Below are positions 1-9,245 of a stretch of 64,000 nt of DNA, in pieces (position 1 is the stretch's first letter; every line of letters starts with the position of its first letter). The position numbers and the translations under genes are program-made. The DNA lies in the NCBI GenBank assembly GCA_020854065.1, contig JADZGF010000003.1:5051-69050 (forward strand), read 5' to 3'. Source of the DNA: Candidatus Nomurabacteria bacterium. GTDB lineage: Bacteria > Patescibacteriota > Minisyncoccia > Phycocordibacterales > SBAW01. The notes below the pieces were generated by a model. That model saw only the letters and a list, made by a program, of their open reading frames with translations. It was not told the origin of the DNA and searched no databases.

Positions 1-373
1 TGCGGTAAAGATCTTGCATGACCGTGTGCACTTTGTGCGACCTCGCGCACACAGCAGGGATCTCGCGGCATTTTATGGACGCATGAGTGCAGTCATTTGT
101 CCCTCGCATTTTGAAACGTACGGCAACGTAGCGCAGGAGGCTGTTGCAGTAGGGACTCCGGCATATGTAAGTGCCAACATGGGAGTGGCCGAAGTGCTTC
201 GCAAAGTTGGACTTGAGGAATTGATCGTAGATTTTAGTAAGCCGCGGGAAGTATTTAAGGCGCTGCGCGACTCAGAACATGTCCATATTAGTCGCACGGC
301 AAGACGAGCGCTGCGAAAAGCAGCAGGCGCCCCTACGGTGCATAAAAAACTACTCGACTATTTACGCGTCTAG
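1..373 (+). CDS. Glycosyltransferase family 1, C-terminal fragment (5' end outside window)
   Basis: C-terminal GT1-like segment (FETYGNVAQEAVAVGTPAYVS...); the frame is open from the window edge. Confidence 0.5.
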   Translation, partial: AVKILHDRVHFVRPRAHSRDLAAFYGRMSAVICPSHFETYGNVAQEAVAVGTPAYVSANMGVAEVLRKVGLEELIVDFSKPREVFKALRDSEHVHISRTARRALRKAAGAPTVHKKLLDYLRV

Positions 374-1350
374 ACTACTGCGGGGTCGGCAATGAGGGCA
401 TTCATCTCTTGCGAGGTACCGCCTGCTTTGAGGTAGAAATAGAGGTCTTCCAGGGCTTTGACCGCATCACCTGCAGCAATGTTGTTTTGGTGGTACAGGC
501 CATCGCTACAATCGCCGGCTGCCCAAATACCTTCAATACTGGTGCGCTGAGTTTTTGCGTCTACTTTAATTTTTCCCCACTCGTCGAGTGTAACCAGGTC
601 TTTTACCAAATCAGTTGCGGGAATCATGCCAATTTCCACAAACACTGCTGCAGCAGGGAGTTCGGTCGTGGTGCCTGTTGCGTTGTCTTTGACCACGAGT
701 GCTTGTACAAACTGTGCGCCTTTTACTTCTACTGGCGTCACATTTGTGAGTGCGCGCATGTTTGCGTGCGCAAGCACGGTGTCGACGGTTGCTTTATCGG
801 CTTTTAGAAATTCAGGAGAGCGATGCACTAACGTAACTGATTTGCAGTATGCAAGAAGTTGCGCGGCAGTCTCAAAGCCAGCGTTGCCACCGCCTACTAC
901 CACCACATCTTGTCCGGCAAAGAGGGGGCCGTCGCATGATGCGCAATAGGTGACTCCTTTGTGTTCGTACTCGGCAGCGCCAGGGACTTCTAATTTTTTT
1001 CGCGAACCTCCCGTTGCAATCAATACGGTCTTTGCAGAGTATGTCGTTTTGTCAGTCGTCACCGAAAAACCTCCCTCGGTCTTCTCGACTTTGGTACCGT
1101 GCTCACCCAATTTGATTTCAACGACATCCGAAGCGTATTCACGCAGATGCGCTTCAAGTTGTTTTGCCATGTCCATCCCAGCAATATGCGGAGTGCCAAT
1201 CCAGTTCTGCACATCCTGACTGTCGGTCGATTGCCCACCAATAACTTCGGCGATAAAGACTGTTTTTAATTTTTTGCGTGCTGCGTAAACGCCTGCAGCG
1301 ACCCCTGCAGGGCCGCCACCGATAATTGCAAGATCGTACATACGATCCAT
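370..1350 (-). CDS. trxB: Thioredoxin-disulfide reductase
   Basis: N-terminal GGGPAG FAD motif, redox-active CASCDG, second GGGNAG NADPH motif; length 326 aa. Confidence 0.8.
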   Translation of the reverse strand: MDRMYDLAIIGGGPAGVAAGVYAARKKLKTVFIAEVIGGQSTDSQDVQNWIGTPHIAGMDMAKQLEAHLREYASDVVEIKLGEHGTKVEKTEGGFSVTTDKTTYSAKTVLIATGGSRKKLEVPGAAEYEHKGVTYCASCDGPLFAGQDVVVVGGGNAGFETAAQLLAYCKSVTLVHRSPEFLKADKATVDTVLAHANMRALTNVTPVEVKGAQFVQALVVKDNATGTTTELPAAAVFVEIGMIPATDLVKDLVTLDEWGKIKVDAKTQRTSIEGIWAAGDCSDGLYHQNNIAAGDAVKALEDLYFYLKAGGTSQEMNALIADPAVV

Positions 1351-1351
1351 T

Positions 1352-2620
1352 TTACTTTATTTTTGGCCGACGGAGAAACGAAGGGACTGCACCCCATTCA
1401 TCGTCGTCATCTTCTTTAGACTTTGATGCGGCAGGAGGGGGAGGTGGAGGAGGAATATCGTCAATGATAGTCGGTGCTGGCTTCTGTTGTGGTGCGCTTG
1501 GGGTGTTAAATATCTTTCCCACAGGAGCGACATCAACTTCCTTTTCTTTCTCTCGCGTAACAGGAGTTGCGCTAAAGAGAGGAGTGCCGCGGGGCATAAC
1601 GCCCGGTGCAGGGAATCCAGTTGCGATGACGGTGACACGGACTTCACCTTTTTTGAGTTTCTCATCACGTACGGCGCCGAAGATAATGCGTGCGTTCGGG
1701 TCAACAGACTCAGTAATAATCTTTGCGGCTTCATGCACTTCGAGCATGCCAAGATCATCTCCGCCAGCGATAGCAAACAATACTCCTTTTGCTCCATTGA
1801 TTGAGAGTTCAAGCAGGGGCGAAGATACGGCAGCCTTTGCAGCTGTTGCAGAGCGACCTTCACCGCTTGCGGTACCGATGCCCATGAGAGCGCTACCCGC
1901 ATTTTCCATCACAGCACGGATGTCTGCGAAGTCGACGTTGATGATACCTGGGTGGGTGATGAGATCAGAAATACCCTCAACGGCCTGCTTCAGTACGTCG
2001 TCGCACATCGCAAATGCTTGCTTGAGCGTGGTGTCTTTCGCAACGGTAGCGAGGAGGCGGTCATTGGGGACCACGATAAGTGCATCGACTTCTTTGCGGA
2101 GGTCTTCTAATCCTGCCTCAGCAAGGCGCATACGCTGCTGACCTTCGAAGCTAAATGGTTTGGTCACGACACCAACGGTGAGTGCGCCCATTTCTTTTGC
2201 AGTGCGTGCAACTACCGGAGCAGCGCCGGTTCCGGTACCGCCACCCATACCGCAGGCAACAAACACCATGTCGCTTCCTTTGATCGCTTGTTGGATTTCT
2301 TCTTTCGTTTCTTCAGAAGCGCGCTTGCCGATCTCTGGATTCATGCCGGCACCAAGGCCGCGTGTGAGGTTTTTGCCAATATGGATCTTGCGCTTCGCTG
2401 CCGAGTGATGGAGATCTTGTGCGTCGGTATTGATAGCGATGAAATCAACGCCGCGTACTTTCTCCTCGATCATATGATTGACCGCATTTTTCCCGGAACC
2501 GCCGACGCCAATGACGCGAATTCGTGCAAATGCTTCAATTTCCGGTTGTACTTGTGGCATAGATGGTGTGTATGAATTCTCTTCTAGCCTGCTCACTGTA
2601 CCAGAAGCCGACACCCGCAT
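1352..2620 (-). CDS. ftsZ: Cell division GTPase FtsZ
   Basis: Tubulin signature [13 protein letters not shown] and GTP-binding N-domain; proline-rich C-terminal linker. Confidence 0.95.
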   Translation of the reverse strand: MRVSASGTVSRLEENSYTPSMPQVQPEIEAFARIRVIGVGGSGKNAVNHMIEEKVRGVDFIAINTDAQDLHHSAAKRKIHIGKNLTRGLGAGMNPEIGKRASEETKEEIQQAIKGSDMVFVACGMGGGTGTGAAPVVARTAKEMGALTVGVVTKPFSFEGQQRMRLAEAGLEDLRKEVDALIVVPNDRLLATVAKDTTLKQAFAMCDDVLKQAVEGISDLITHPGIINVDFADIRAVMENAGSALMGIGTASGEGRSATAAKAAVSSPLLELSINGAKGVLFAIAGGDDLGMLEVHEAAKIITESVDPNARIIFGAVRDEKLKKGEVRVTVIATGFPAPGVMPRGTPLFSATPVTREKEKEVDVAPVGKIFNTPSAPQQKPAPTIIDDIPPPPPPPAASKSKEDDDDEWGAVPSFLRRPKIK

Positions 2621-2686
2621 GCAAATTTGGCGTTTTTGACAAAAAATGGCGCCGTGGCGCCTTGTGCAAACCCAGAAAAAAGCCCT

Positions 2687-3859
2687 CTACGGAAGGAATT
2701 TTTTAAACCAACGCCACAGTCCTTTGAGCATATCGGTGAAGCCTCCACCAAATCCTCCTTCCAGTTCAGCACCGCTTGCGCCCCACACAGTGAGGCCATA
2801 GGCAACGGCCCAGTTGCCTCCATTTAGCTGCCAGCGCGCCGAATCTTCACCGAGCGCAGCAATACGTGCAGGTAAGCGCAACACTGACTTCGCAGCGTCT
2901 GTAGCGAGTGGAGTCATAGCACCACCGCCGGTGAGGACTGCGCCGGCAGGCAAGAGTGAGTCTTTGCCCAATTTCTTTAAATACTGCTCCACTTGTTTGA
3001 ACATCTCATGCAACCGTCGGGCGATCGTGTCATCCACTTTTTTCTTCGGATAGGTGGCACCTAATACGGCGCCTGATTTAAGTTGCTCAGCTTCTTCGGG
3101 GGAGATGCGCAATGAAAGCGCTAAGTCGTTTGTGATATCGGCAGATCCAACATGAAATACTTTCAATGAAATAGGGAGGGAGTCTTCGTACACAATGGCG
3201 CTTAAGGTTTCCGATCCAATGTTGAGCAAAATACACCCCACACGCTTCTGCATACGATTGAGTGCGATCAATGATGCAGCGATTGGCCCTGCAACCACAT
3301 CCTCTACTTCAACGCCTGCTTCTTCGATTGCTTCCACCAGCGCGTCGACATGGCGTTCAAGACAGGTGATAAAAAGAGTTTCGACGGCAAGCTTGCTGCC
3401 TTTCATGCCGATTGGGTTGCGACCAAGAACCTGCACTCCATCGACATAGTATCCAAGGGGAATTGCGTGCAGTATTTTGCGGTTCAATACGGATGCAGGT
3501 GGCAAGGCTGCTTCAGACGCTTTGGCAGCACGAGGGACATCACGTTCGGTAACGACTGAATCTCCGCGTTCAACAACGACCTCTCCGCGACATCGGGCCT
3601 CTTCAAGTCCAAGACCACCCACACTCACATACGCACGCCGCACTTTAACTCGTGCTGCTTTCTGTGCTTGTGCAAGGGCGGCTGCAACCGAACGAGACGC
3701 CTCAGCCGGAGACGTAACGTATCCTTTGGCAACTCCACGACTTTCGGCATAGCCGGTGCCGAGTATTTGCGGAGGGACGCGCGGGTCTTGGCTTTCTTCG
3801 GCGATAACTACCTTAACGTGGTGACTGCCGACATCTATGCCGGTGACAATTTTACTCAT
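2687..3859 (-). CDS. ftsA: Cell division protein FtsA (actin-like ATPase)
   Basis: N-terminal IVTGIDVGSHHVKVVIAE actin-fold motif; immediately upstream of ftsZ on the same strand. Confidence 0.85.
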   Translation of the reverse strand: MSKIVTGIDVGSHHVKVVIAEESQDPRVPPQILGTGYAESRGVAKGYVTSPAEASRSVAAALAQAQKAARVKVRRAYVSVGGLGLEEARCRGEVVVERGDSVVTERDVPRAAKASEAALPPASVLNRKILHAIPLGYYVDGVQVLGRNPIGMKGSKLAVETLFITCLERHVDALVEAIEEAGVEVEDVVAGPIAASLIALNRMQKRVGCILLNIGSETLSAIVYEDSLPISLKVFHVGSADITNDLALSLRISPEEAEQLKSGAVLGATYPKKKVDDTIARRLHEMFKQVEQYLKKLGKDSLLPAGAVLTGGGAMTPLATDAAKSVLRLPARIAALGEDSARWQLNGGNWAVAYGLTVWGASGAELEGGFGGGFTDMLKGLWRWFKKFLP

Positions 3860-4175
3860 TGGCGCGAAGACCGAATCGTTTTAAGATTCGGCGCTCTTCG
3901 CGCTCCATTGTAGCACCATGTTTTGCACCTTTAAGGTGTAAACATCCGTGGATAAAAAGATATTCGGTGGTATATGGCTTTGCTGCAGACTTACAAATGA
4001 GAATTTCACCCGAGGTTTTTGAAAGGGGAAATGCGAGCACGTTAGAAGTCTTCAGAGTTGGTTCTTTCTTGTATTGCATCGCTTTCCGCATGGCAGCAGG
4101 GGGTACAAATGCAAACGACAAGTCATACGACTTGCCTAAAATGAATTCTTTTATTTTTTTGTAGCGCAGCGGCAC
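3852..4175 (-). CDS. ybeY: rRNA maturation endoribonuclease YbeY (short form)
   Basis: H-x3-H-x5-H metal motif (IHGCLHLKGAKHG); 107 aa. Confidence 0.65.
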   Translation of the reverse strand: MPLRYKKIKEFILGKSYDLSFAFVPPAAMRKAMQYKKEPTLKTSNVLAFPLSKTSGEILICKSAAKPYTTEYLFIHGCLHLKGAKHGATMEREERRILKRFGLRANE

Positions 4176-4177
4176 CG

Positions 4178-4432
4178 TTATTTGCGACGAGGAGAGCGTC
4201 CAGTACGAACCTCCATTTTGCCAAGTTTGATTTGCTCTTGAACGTACTCGCGGCGAGAGATTGCCTTGAGGGTCTTTTTGCGACGTACTGCAGAAGACAT
4301 GTCGCGAGCGTGGTAGCGGCGTTTGCGCAAGCCCTGGATAAGTCCGACGCCTTGCACGCGCTTAGAAAAACGACGAATCAGATTGACGTCGTTTTCGGCA
4401 TCGTTTTTGCGGACCTCTGCGTTTACTGCCAT
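4178..4432 (-). CDS. rpsU: 30S ribosomal protein S21
   Basis: Basic 84-aa protein with an S21-like pattern (VRKNDAENDVNLIRRFSKRV...RKRRYHARDMSSAVRRKK). Confidence 0.65.
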   Translation of the reverse strand: MAVNAEVRKNDAENDVNLIRRFSKRVQGVGLIQGLRKRRYHARDMSSAVRRKKTLKAISRREYVQEQIKLGKMEVRTGRSPRRK

Positions 4433-4462
4433 ATGCCGAGATAATGTAGCACAACCTTGCCC

Positions 4463-5605
4463 CTAGCGCAAGGATTTGAGGGTCCGGGGGAGGTCCCTGA
4501 GGGCCACTATCTGCTGGGTTGAGTTGTCGAGGGCACGGATAATGACGGTGCCATCAAGTGCCTCACGTGCACCCATGATGATGAGGTGGGGTGTGCCGGC
4601 TACTTTGGCGGCCTCTATCTGTGGGGCGAGGGAGCGAGCATCAAATGTCTGTCGCATGGGGATCCCTGCACGGCGCACCATGTCAACCACGGTGAGGCCT
4701 TGGATTTTGGCACGCACGCCAAGCTGGATAAAGAAGAGTCTCGGTGGGGCGCTCTTTTTTGTGGGCATGAAGTGTGCGGCATTGAGAGCACCTTTGCGGA
4801 AATAGATATGTGCAGCACACAGAGGTTTCCCTGACTGCTTCTTCATATGGTCATCGAACCGTCCTCCTGCAGCTCCCACAATGAGGGGACTGCCTCCGGT
4901 ATCGATAGCGAAAGAGATGCGGGACTCACGATCATCTCCCGGGAGCATGTCATCAAGCTCATAGGGGATATTGAGCTCTTCGATATGTTCGAGCACTTCA
5001 CGGAAATGGAGGCGGCTCTTCTCTGAAAGGAAGTTCATGGCGCGGGGACCACTTGCCACAATGGCGCGGCATGCCTCGCTACGGCAGTGATACACCTTCG
5101 CAGGATCATGCGTTGCGTTATTACGGCACTCTTCATCGAGTGTTTCGAAGTGTTTGCGTAGATATCCAGAGAGTTCACGGCCAAAACGTGCTTTTGAGTC
5201 ACGATCGCCCATTGCGTTGACCCGTACCCGTACCGCAGGCAAGCCCCATTCGGTGAGAATGGTAACGAGAGTGCGCATGAGGATAACTTCGGCCAAGCTC
5301 TCTTCAGGCCCTGCAATGACGAGTCCAAATTCTGCCAAATCGTTCTGTTTGCCGAGACGTAGATCTCCTGGAATATGCATCGGACTTCCCGAAGCGTAGT
5401 AGAGAAGGTGGGGTTCGGCGCTGCGTGACTCTGATGCAGCTCCGGCTACTTTTGCAAAGGTATACGATCGCTCGGGAGAGAACTCACGTGCATGCTGAAA
5501 CCCAAAATACTGTGCGACCTCTCCTGCATGTTTAAGAAAGCTTGCGGGAGCGCCACGACTGGGCGTTCGAAGCGTCTCAGCGGCTGCGCGCAGAGAGGTA
5601 CTCAT
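4463..5605 (-). CDS. Histidyl-tRNA synthetase-like protein (class II aaRS core + anticodon-binding domain); motif 2 appears degenerate
   Basis: HisRS-type GGRFDD (GGRYD) motif 3 and C-terminal anticodon-binding fold; the motif-2 region YYASGSPMHIPGDLRLGKQNDLAEF lacks the usual Arg residues; shorter N-terminus. Confidence 0.55.
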   Translation of the reverse strand: MSTSLRAAAETLRTPSRGAPASFLKHAGEVAQYFGFQHAREFSPERSYTFAKVAGAASESRSAEPHLLYYASGSPMHIPGDLRLGKQNDLAEFGLVIAGPEESLAEVILMRTLVTILTEWGLPAVRVRVNAMGDRDSKARFGRELSGYLRKHFETLDEECRNNATHDPAKVYHCRSEACRAIVASGPRAMNFLSEKSRLHFREVLEHIEELNIPYELDDMLPGDDRESRISFAIDTGGSPLIVGAAGGRFDDHMKKQSGKPLCAAHIYFRKGALNAAHFMPTKKSAPPRLFFIQLGVRAKIQGLTVVDMVRRAGIPMRQTFDARSLAPQIEAAKVAGTPHLIIMGAREALDGTVIIRALDNSTQQIVALRDLPRTLKSLR

Positions 5606-6156
5606 TGCGGATAGGTGACGGACCCGGGGAATAGTGAAAGAGTGTTTGCGGGAAGTAGGCGTACAAATGCGCGACCGACGATGTTATCGCTCGGAAGCGG
5701 CCCCCATACCCGGCTGTCTGATGATTCAGGACGATTATCACCCATGACGAAGTATTCATTCGCCTCAAGCTCATACGTAGCATCAGCTCCGTTGCCATTG
5801 CGAGAGATGTACGGCTCATCAAGCACGTGCTTTTGCCCGTTTGTGGTGACGTAGATACGACCATCCTCTATAGAGACGGTCTCTCCAGGAAGTCCAATGA
5901 TGCGTTTGATGTAAAACTCCTGCGGTGCACGTGGGGGACGGAAAATAATCACCTCACCACGCTTTGGTTCGCTAAACCGATACGAAATTTCATCAATGAT
6001 GAGGTACTGACCGTTTTCAAACGTTGGATCCATTGATGCACCCGATACGATAAATGGTTGTGCGATAAAAAAGCGCACTGGAAACACAATCAACGCGGCG
6101 ATGACGATGAATTTGAGCAGCTCGATAAAAAAAGATTCCTTCCGAGCTTCAGGCAT
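5602..6156 (-). CDS. lepB: Signal peptidase I
   Basis: Motifs GASMDPT, YIKRIIGLPGE and FVMGDNRPESSDSR; start set at the internal ATG (MPEARKES) to avoid overlapping pth. Confidence 0.85.
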   Translation of the reverse strand: MPEARKESFFIELLKFIVIAALIVFPVRFFIAQPFIVSGASMDPTFENGQYLIIDEISYRFSEPKRGEVIIFRPPRAPQEFYIKRIIGLPGETVSIEDGRIYVTTNGQKHVLDEPYISRNGNGADATYELEANEYFVMGDNRPESSDSRVWGPLPSDNIVGRAFVRLLPANTLSLFPGSVTYPQ

Positions 6157-6212
6157 GGAACAATTGTAAGCTTCTTTGCGAAGCGCGCAAGTGCTGAGGT
6201 ACACTAGAACAC

Positions 6213-6734
6213 ATGAAATGGACCATTGTCGGACTTGGAAACCCCACTGATGAGTATGAAGGGACTCGTCATAACGTCGGGAAGGAACTCCTTGCTGCAC
6301 TCGAGGACAAACTTCCGAGTGGTGCAAAGGTAGTAGAGCTTGATGTATACATGAACCGCTCTGGCCCTGCTATTAAAAAGGCAGTAGGGAGCGCTAAAAA
6401 CCTCATTGTGATTCATGATGAGCTTGATATCCCTCTTGGGAAAATAAAAATCTCCTATGGAAACTCAGGTGGCGGACATAACGGTGTTAAGTCCGTTATT
6501 GCGGCGCTTAAATCGCAGGATTTTGTCCGTATACGTGTTGGTATTAGTCCCTCTACGCCAAGCGGGAAGCTCAAGCGTCCTACTGGAGATGCGTTGGCAG
6601 ACTTTGTGTTGGGGAAGTTCCGCCCACCAGAAAAGGAGAAGCTCAAGAAAGTAAAGAAACTCGTACAGGAAGCAATTGAATTAATCGTAGAAGAGAGCTT
6701 TGAGCGTGCGCAGAGTGAAATGAACTCTCGCTAA
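6213..6734 (+). CDS. pth: Peptidyl-tRNA hydrolase
   Basis: Motifs GLGNPTDEYEGTRHNVG and GGHNGVKS. Confidence 0.9.
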   Translation: MKWTIVGLGNPTDEYEGTRHNVGKELLAALEDKLPSGAKVVELDVYMNRSGPAIKKAVGSAKNLIVIHDELDIPLGKIKISYGNSGGGHNGVKSVIAALKSQDFVRIRVGISPSTPSGKLKRPTGDALADFVLGKFRPPEKEKLKKVKKLVQEAIELIVEESFERAQSEMNSR

Positions 6735-6811
6735 ATTTCTATTGTGGGTCTCGCTCCTCTGTAGTATGGTCGAGTATAGAAACGGTTTTTCCCAATACCA
6801 CGGAGGTCGTC

Positions 6812-7516
6812 ATGCGAGCGTTGCTCGTTGCGAGAGAATCTATAGCCGCTGCGTTGCAGACATTCCTTCAGCGTGAAGGATACTCTACAGAAGTCGCGAT
6901 CGATGGCGAAGACGGGTTGGATATCGCTCGGCGGTACAGCTTTGATATTGTGGTGTGCGAGTTAACGGTGCCAGGCTTTGGTCGATGTGAGTTGACTCGT
7001 CGTATCCGCAGCGCCAAAGTACCAGTGCCGATTGTCATCGTGTCGGAGGAGAGTGCTCCTGCATATGTTGCCGAGGCACTCCATGCTGGTGCCGATGACT
7101 ATGTCCGTGCTCCGTATGATCCAAATGAGCTTCTCGCGAGGCTTTGTGCGGTGGTACGTCGTACCCATGGTCACCCGAGTGCAACGATCATGGTAGGCGA
7201 TCTTGCAATAAATGTTTCGGAGCGATCAGTCAAAGTGGATGGTACGTTGGTGCGTCTTACTAATAAAGAGTGGGACGTGCTTGAGGCGCTAGCTTTAAAC
7301 GTGAACCGATGCGTGTCGAGAGAATATATCTTGGAGCGTTCCCATGTGCACGAAGAGGAAACGGAGATAAAAGTAATCGACGCGTTTGTCTACAAGCTTC
7401 GCAGGAAGCTTGCGCATGCTTCGGGAGGGACACAGTACATTAAAACGGAGTGGGGAAAAGGCTACATACTTGGTGCTCCAAAAGCAATTCACCCATCGCG
7501 TGAGACAAATATATGA
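6812..7516 (+). CDS. OmpR-family winged-helix response regulator with degenerate (probably phosphorylation-independent) receiver domain
   Basis: Receiver-like N-domain plus OmpR wHTH C-domain (VIDAFVYKLRRKL...GKGYIL). The acidic pocket DD is replaced by ARE, the phospho-acceptor position is Glu (VVCELTVPG), and the conserved Lys is Ala. Confidence 0.7.
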   Translation: MRALLVARESIAAALQTFLQREGYSTEVAIDGEDGLDIARRYSFDIVVCELTVPGFGRCELTRRIRSAKVPVPIVIVSEESAPAYVAEALHAGADDYVRAPYDPNELLARLCAVVRRTHGHPSATIMVGDLAINVSERSVKVDGTLVRLTNKEWDVLEALALNVNRCVSREYILERSHVHEEETEIKVIDAFVYKLRRKLAHASGGTQYIKTEWGKGYILGAPKAIHPSRETNI

Positions 7517-7536
7517 AGGTAGTATTCAAAACAAAA

Positions 7537-7568
7537 CCGTCCCCTTGGTTGGGGGCGGTCTTTTTTTT
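7537..7568. terminator. Bidirectional rho-independent terminator between the response-regulator gene and rpsA
   Basis: Stem CCGTCCCC/GGGGGCGG with loop TTGGTT, flanked by an A-run and T8. Confidence 0.7.
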
Positions 7569-7574
7569 GTGGAG

Positions 7575-8675
7575 CTATTTCTTGTCTCCTCCGTAGGAGA
7601 GCGCCATGCGCATCTCTTTTGGATCAAACAACGAGATGGTGAACGGATAGCGTTTGCCAAGCTCGAGGTTGCGACGGAGTGAATCTTCGGGACCAAACTC
7701 CGAAACATGCACGAGACCTGCGATACCTTCCTCAATCGAGGCAAGTGCACCGTGCTTGTTGAATTTAATAACGACACCTTCAACCTTGTCGCCCTTGTTG
7801 TACTTGCCGGATGCAAGCTGCCATGGGTTGTCTTTGAGTGCTTTAACCGAGAGGCTTACTTTGCCATCTTTGATATCGATGATCTTTACCTTGACCTTGT
7901 CACCAACCTTAAAGAAGTGACGTGGATCATCTACCAAGCCCCAGTCAATTTCAGAGATGTGGACCAATCCTTCGAGACCCTCTTCGAGTTTAACGAAGGC
8001 ACCAAAGTCCACCATGCCGGTGATTTCACCTGAGACTGCATCACCAACTTGGTAGTTGGAGATAAGCTCGCGCTTCTCTTTGTCATCCAAGCCCTTCTCG
8101 CTGAAGATGAGTTTTCCTTCTTTCGGAGATGCGCCGATGATGGAGACGACGAGTTTGGTACCAACCAACTTGCGGAGCTCCTCAAGGATCTTGTCCTTAT
8201 CCGCATCAGGAACACGTGGGTAGTGCTCAGCTTTAAGCTGTGATGCAGGAAGGAAGCCCGAGAGACCTTGCCAGTCGATGATGAGGCCGCCCTTGTTTGC
8301 CTCTTTCACCAAAAGCTCCAACTGGAGTTTGTTTTTGACTGCCTCTTCTGCCTCAGCCCAAACAAGTGCCTGACGAGCCTCTTTGAGCGAGAGCTCAATG
8401 TAACCGTCCTTCGTAGCAGGGGAGATGACTTTTGCAGCGACCGTGTCGCCAACGTTGGTGCGCTTGATAACCTCGCGCGCGTTCATGTATTCGCGACCGT
8501 AAATAACGCCCGTGCCAAATGGTGGGAGATCAATATAGAGACGTGCACGGTCGAGCGCCAATACGGTACCCTCGACAATGTCGCCCTCTCGTGGCGGTTC
8601 TTGCGACTGCTCTGCAAATGCCTGCATGACCGATGCAGGAATCTCGCCCTCGATTGTTTCGATAGTCTTATCCAT
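7575..8675 (-). CDS. rpsA: 30S ribosomal protein S1 (four S1 domains)
   Basis: Repeated S1 OB-fold motifs (GDIVEGTV..., GDKVKVKIIDI...). The ATG start (MDKTIE) was chosen; the ORF track extends to a GTG at 8738. Confidence 0.85.
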   Translation of the reverse strand: MDKTIETIEGEIPASVMQAFAEQSQEPPREGDIVEGTVLALDRARLYIDLPPFGTGVIYGREYMNAREVIKRTNVGDTVAAKVISPATKDGYIELSLKEARQALVWAEAEEAVKNKLQLELLVKEANKGGLIIDWQGLSGFLPASQLKAEHYPRVPDADKDKILEELRKLVGTKLVVSIIGASPKEGKLIFSEKGLDDKEKRELISNYQVGDAVSGEITGMVDFGAFVKLEEGLEGLVHISEIDWGLVDDPRHFFKVGDKVKVKIIDIKDGKVSLSVKALKDNPWQLASGKYNKGDKVEGVVIKFNKHGALASIEEGIAGLVHVSEFGPEDSLRRNLELGKRYPFTISLFDPKEMRMALSYGGDKK

Positions 8676-8795
8676 ACTATTTATTATTGTTGTGGCAGGT
8701 CCTCCTTTAATAATGCGCCCCAAGGAGATTAGTCCCACACACGGTTAATAAAGAGTCACCCCTTTATTGCAGGGCACTATAGCAGAGGGCTGTAT

Positions 8796-8833
8796 AAAAA
8801 GAAAGACCCCCACCAGCAGTGCTAGTGAGGGTC
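8796..8833 (-). terminator. Rho-independent terminator (minus strand) downstream of small ORF 8907..9062
   Basis: Hairpin GACCCCCACC-AGCAGTGCT-AGTGAGGGTC followed on the minus strand by TCTTTCTTTTT; a second small hairpin lies at 8835-8856. Confidence 0.6.
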
Positions 8834-8906
8834 ATGACGGTTTTTGATACCGTCAAAACAGTTTGAAGTTGAGAGAGATGCTCAGAAGTCGAGCGCGAGC
8901 GACCGA

Positions 8907-9062
8907 TCAGGTCAGCGCGGCGACGTCCTGCACCGAAGCCTGGCCGCCGAAGCCGGCGCCGATCTGCAGCGCGATGATGTTGTCGATGCTATAAGATTTG
9001 GAACTCTCGCCGAGTTGGTCGATCGGCGGGCCGCAAATGGCGAGGGAGTGACCCTTCTTCAT
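8907..9062 (-). CDS. Small hypothetical protein (51 aa) with high-GC codon usage
   Basis: SD sequence AGGAGAA 6 nt upstream of ATG; strong GC3 periodicity; own promoter-like TTGACA-17-TACATT and terminator; peptide MKKGHSLAICGPPIDQLGESSKSYSIDNIIALQIGAGFGGQASVQDVAALT. Confidence 0.4.
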   Translation of the reverse strand: MKKGHSLAICGPPIDQLGESSKSYSIDNIIALQIGAGFGGQASVQDVAALT

Positions 9063-9131
9063 CGGAATTCTCCTGTTGGAAAGGACATTCAGCCTGTAAG
9101 TCCTCAGACGAGGACAAACGGGACAATGGAG

Positions 9132-9160
9132 AATGTACACTGATTGACAAGGCTTGTCAA
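9132..9160 (-). promoter_or_regulatory. Predicted sigma70-type promoter (-35 TTGACA, 17-nt spacer, -10 TACATT) overlapping the perfect palindrome TTGACAAG-G-CTTGTCAA
   Basis: Minus-strand reading; the palindrome occupies 9144-9160, which makes it a candidate operator. Confidence 0.45.
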
Positions 9161-9169
9161 GTATTGTGG

Positions 9170-9204
9170 AAAAGAAAGACCCCGCCAGCATAGTGCTAGC
9201 GGGG
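9170..9204 (-). terminator. Rho-independent terminator (minus strand) downstream of small ORF 9246..9464
   Basis: Hairpin CCCCGCTAGC-ACTAT-GCTGGCGGGG followed by TCTTTCTTTTCC; near-duplicate of the 8796-8833 element. Confidence 0.6.
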
Positions 9205-9245
9205 CTGCCCTCTGTGGGGCGTTCCTCCCGTAAAGTCTTGTTAGC

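Noticed and set aside
1326-2141. 271-aa plus-strand ORF
   Set aside because: Antisense to ftsZ. The Gly-rich translation is a by-product of the GC-rich coding strand opposite, and it has no independent signals.
8844-9143. 99-aa plus-strand ORF in the high-GC islet
   Set aside because: The minus-strand frames show stronger GC3 periodicity, canonical SD sequences, a promoter and terminators. The plus ORF lacks an RBS and is most likely the antisense shadow.
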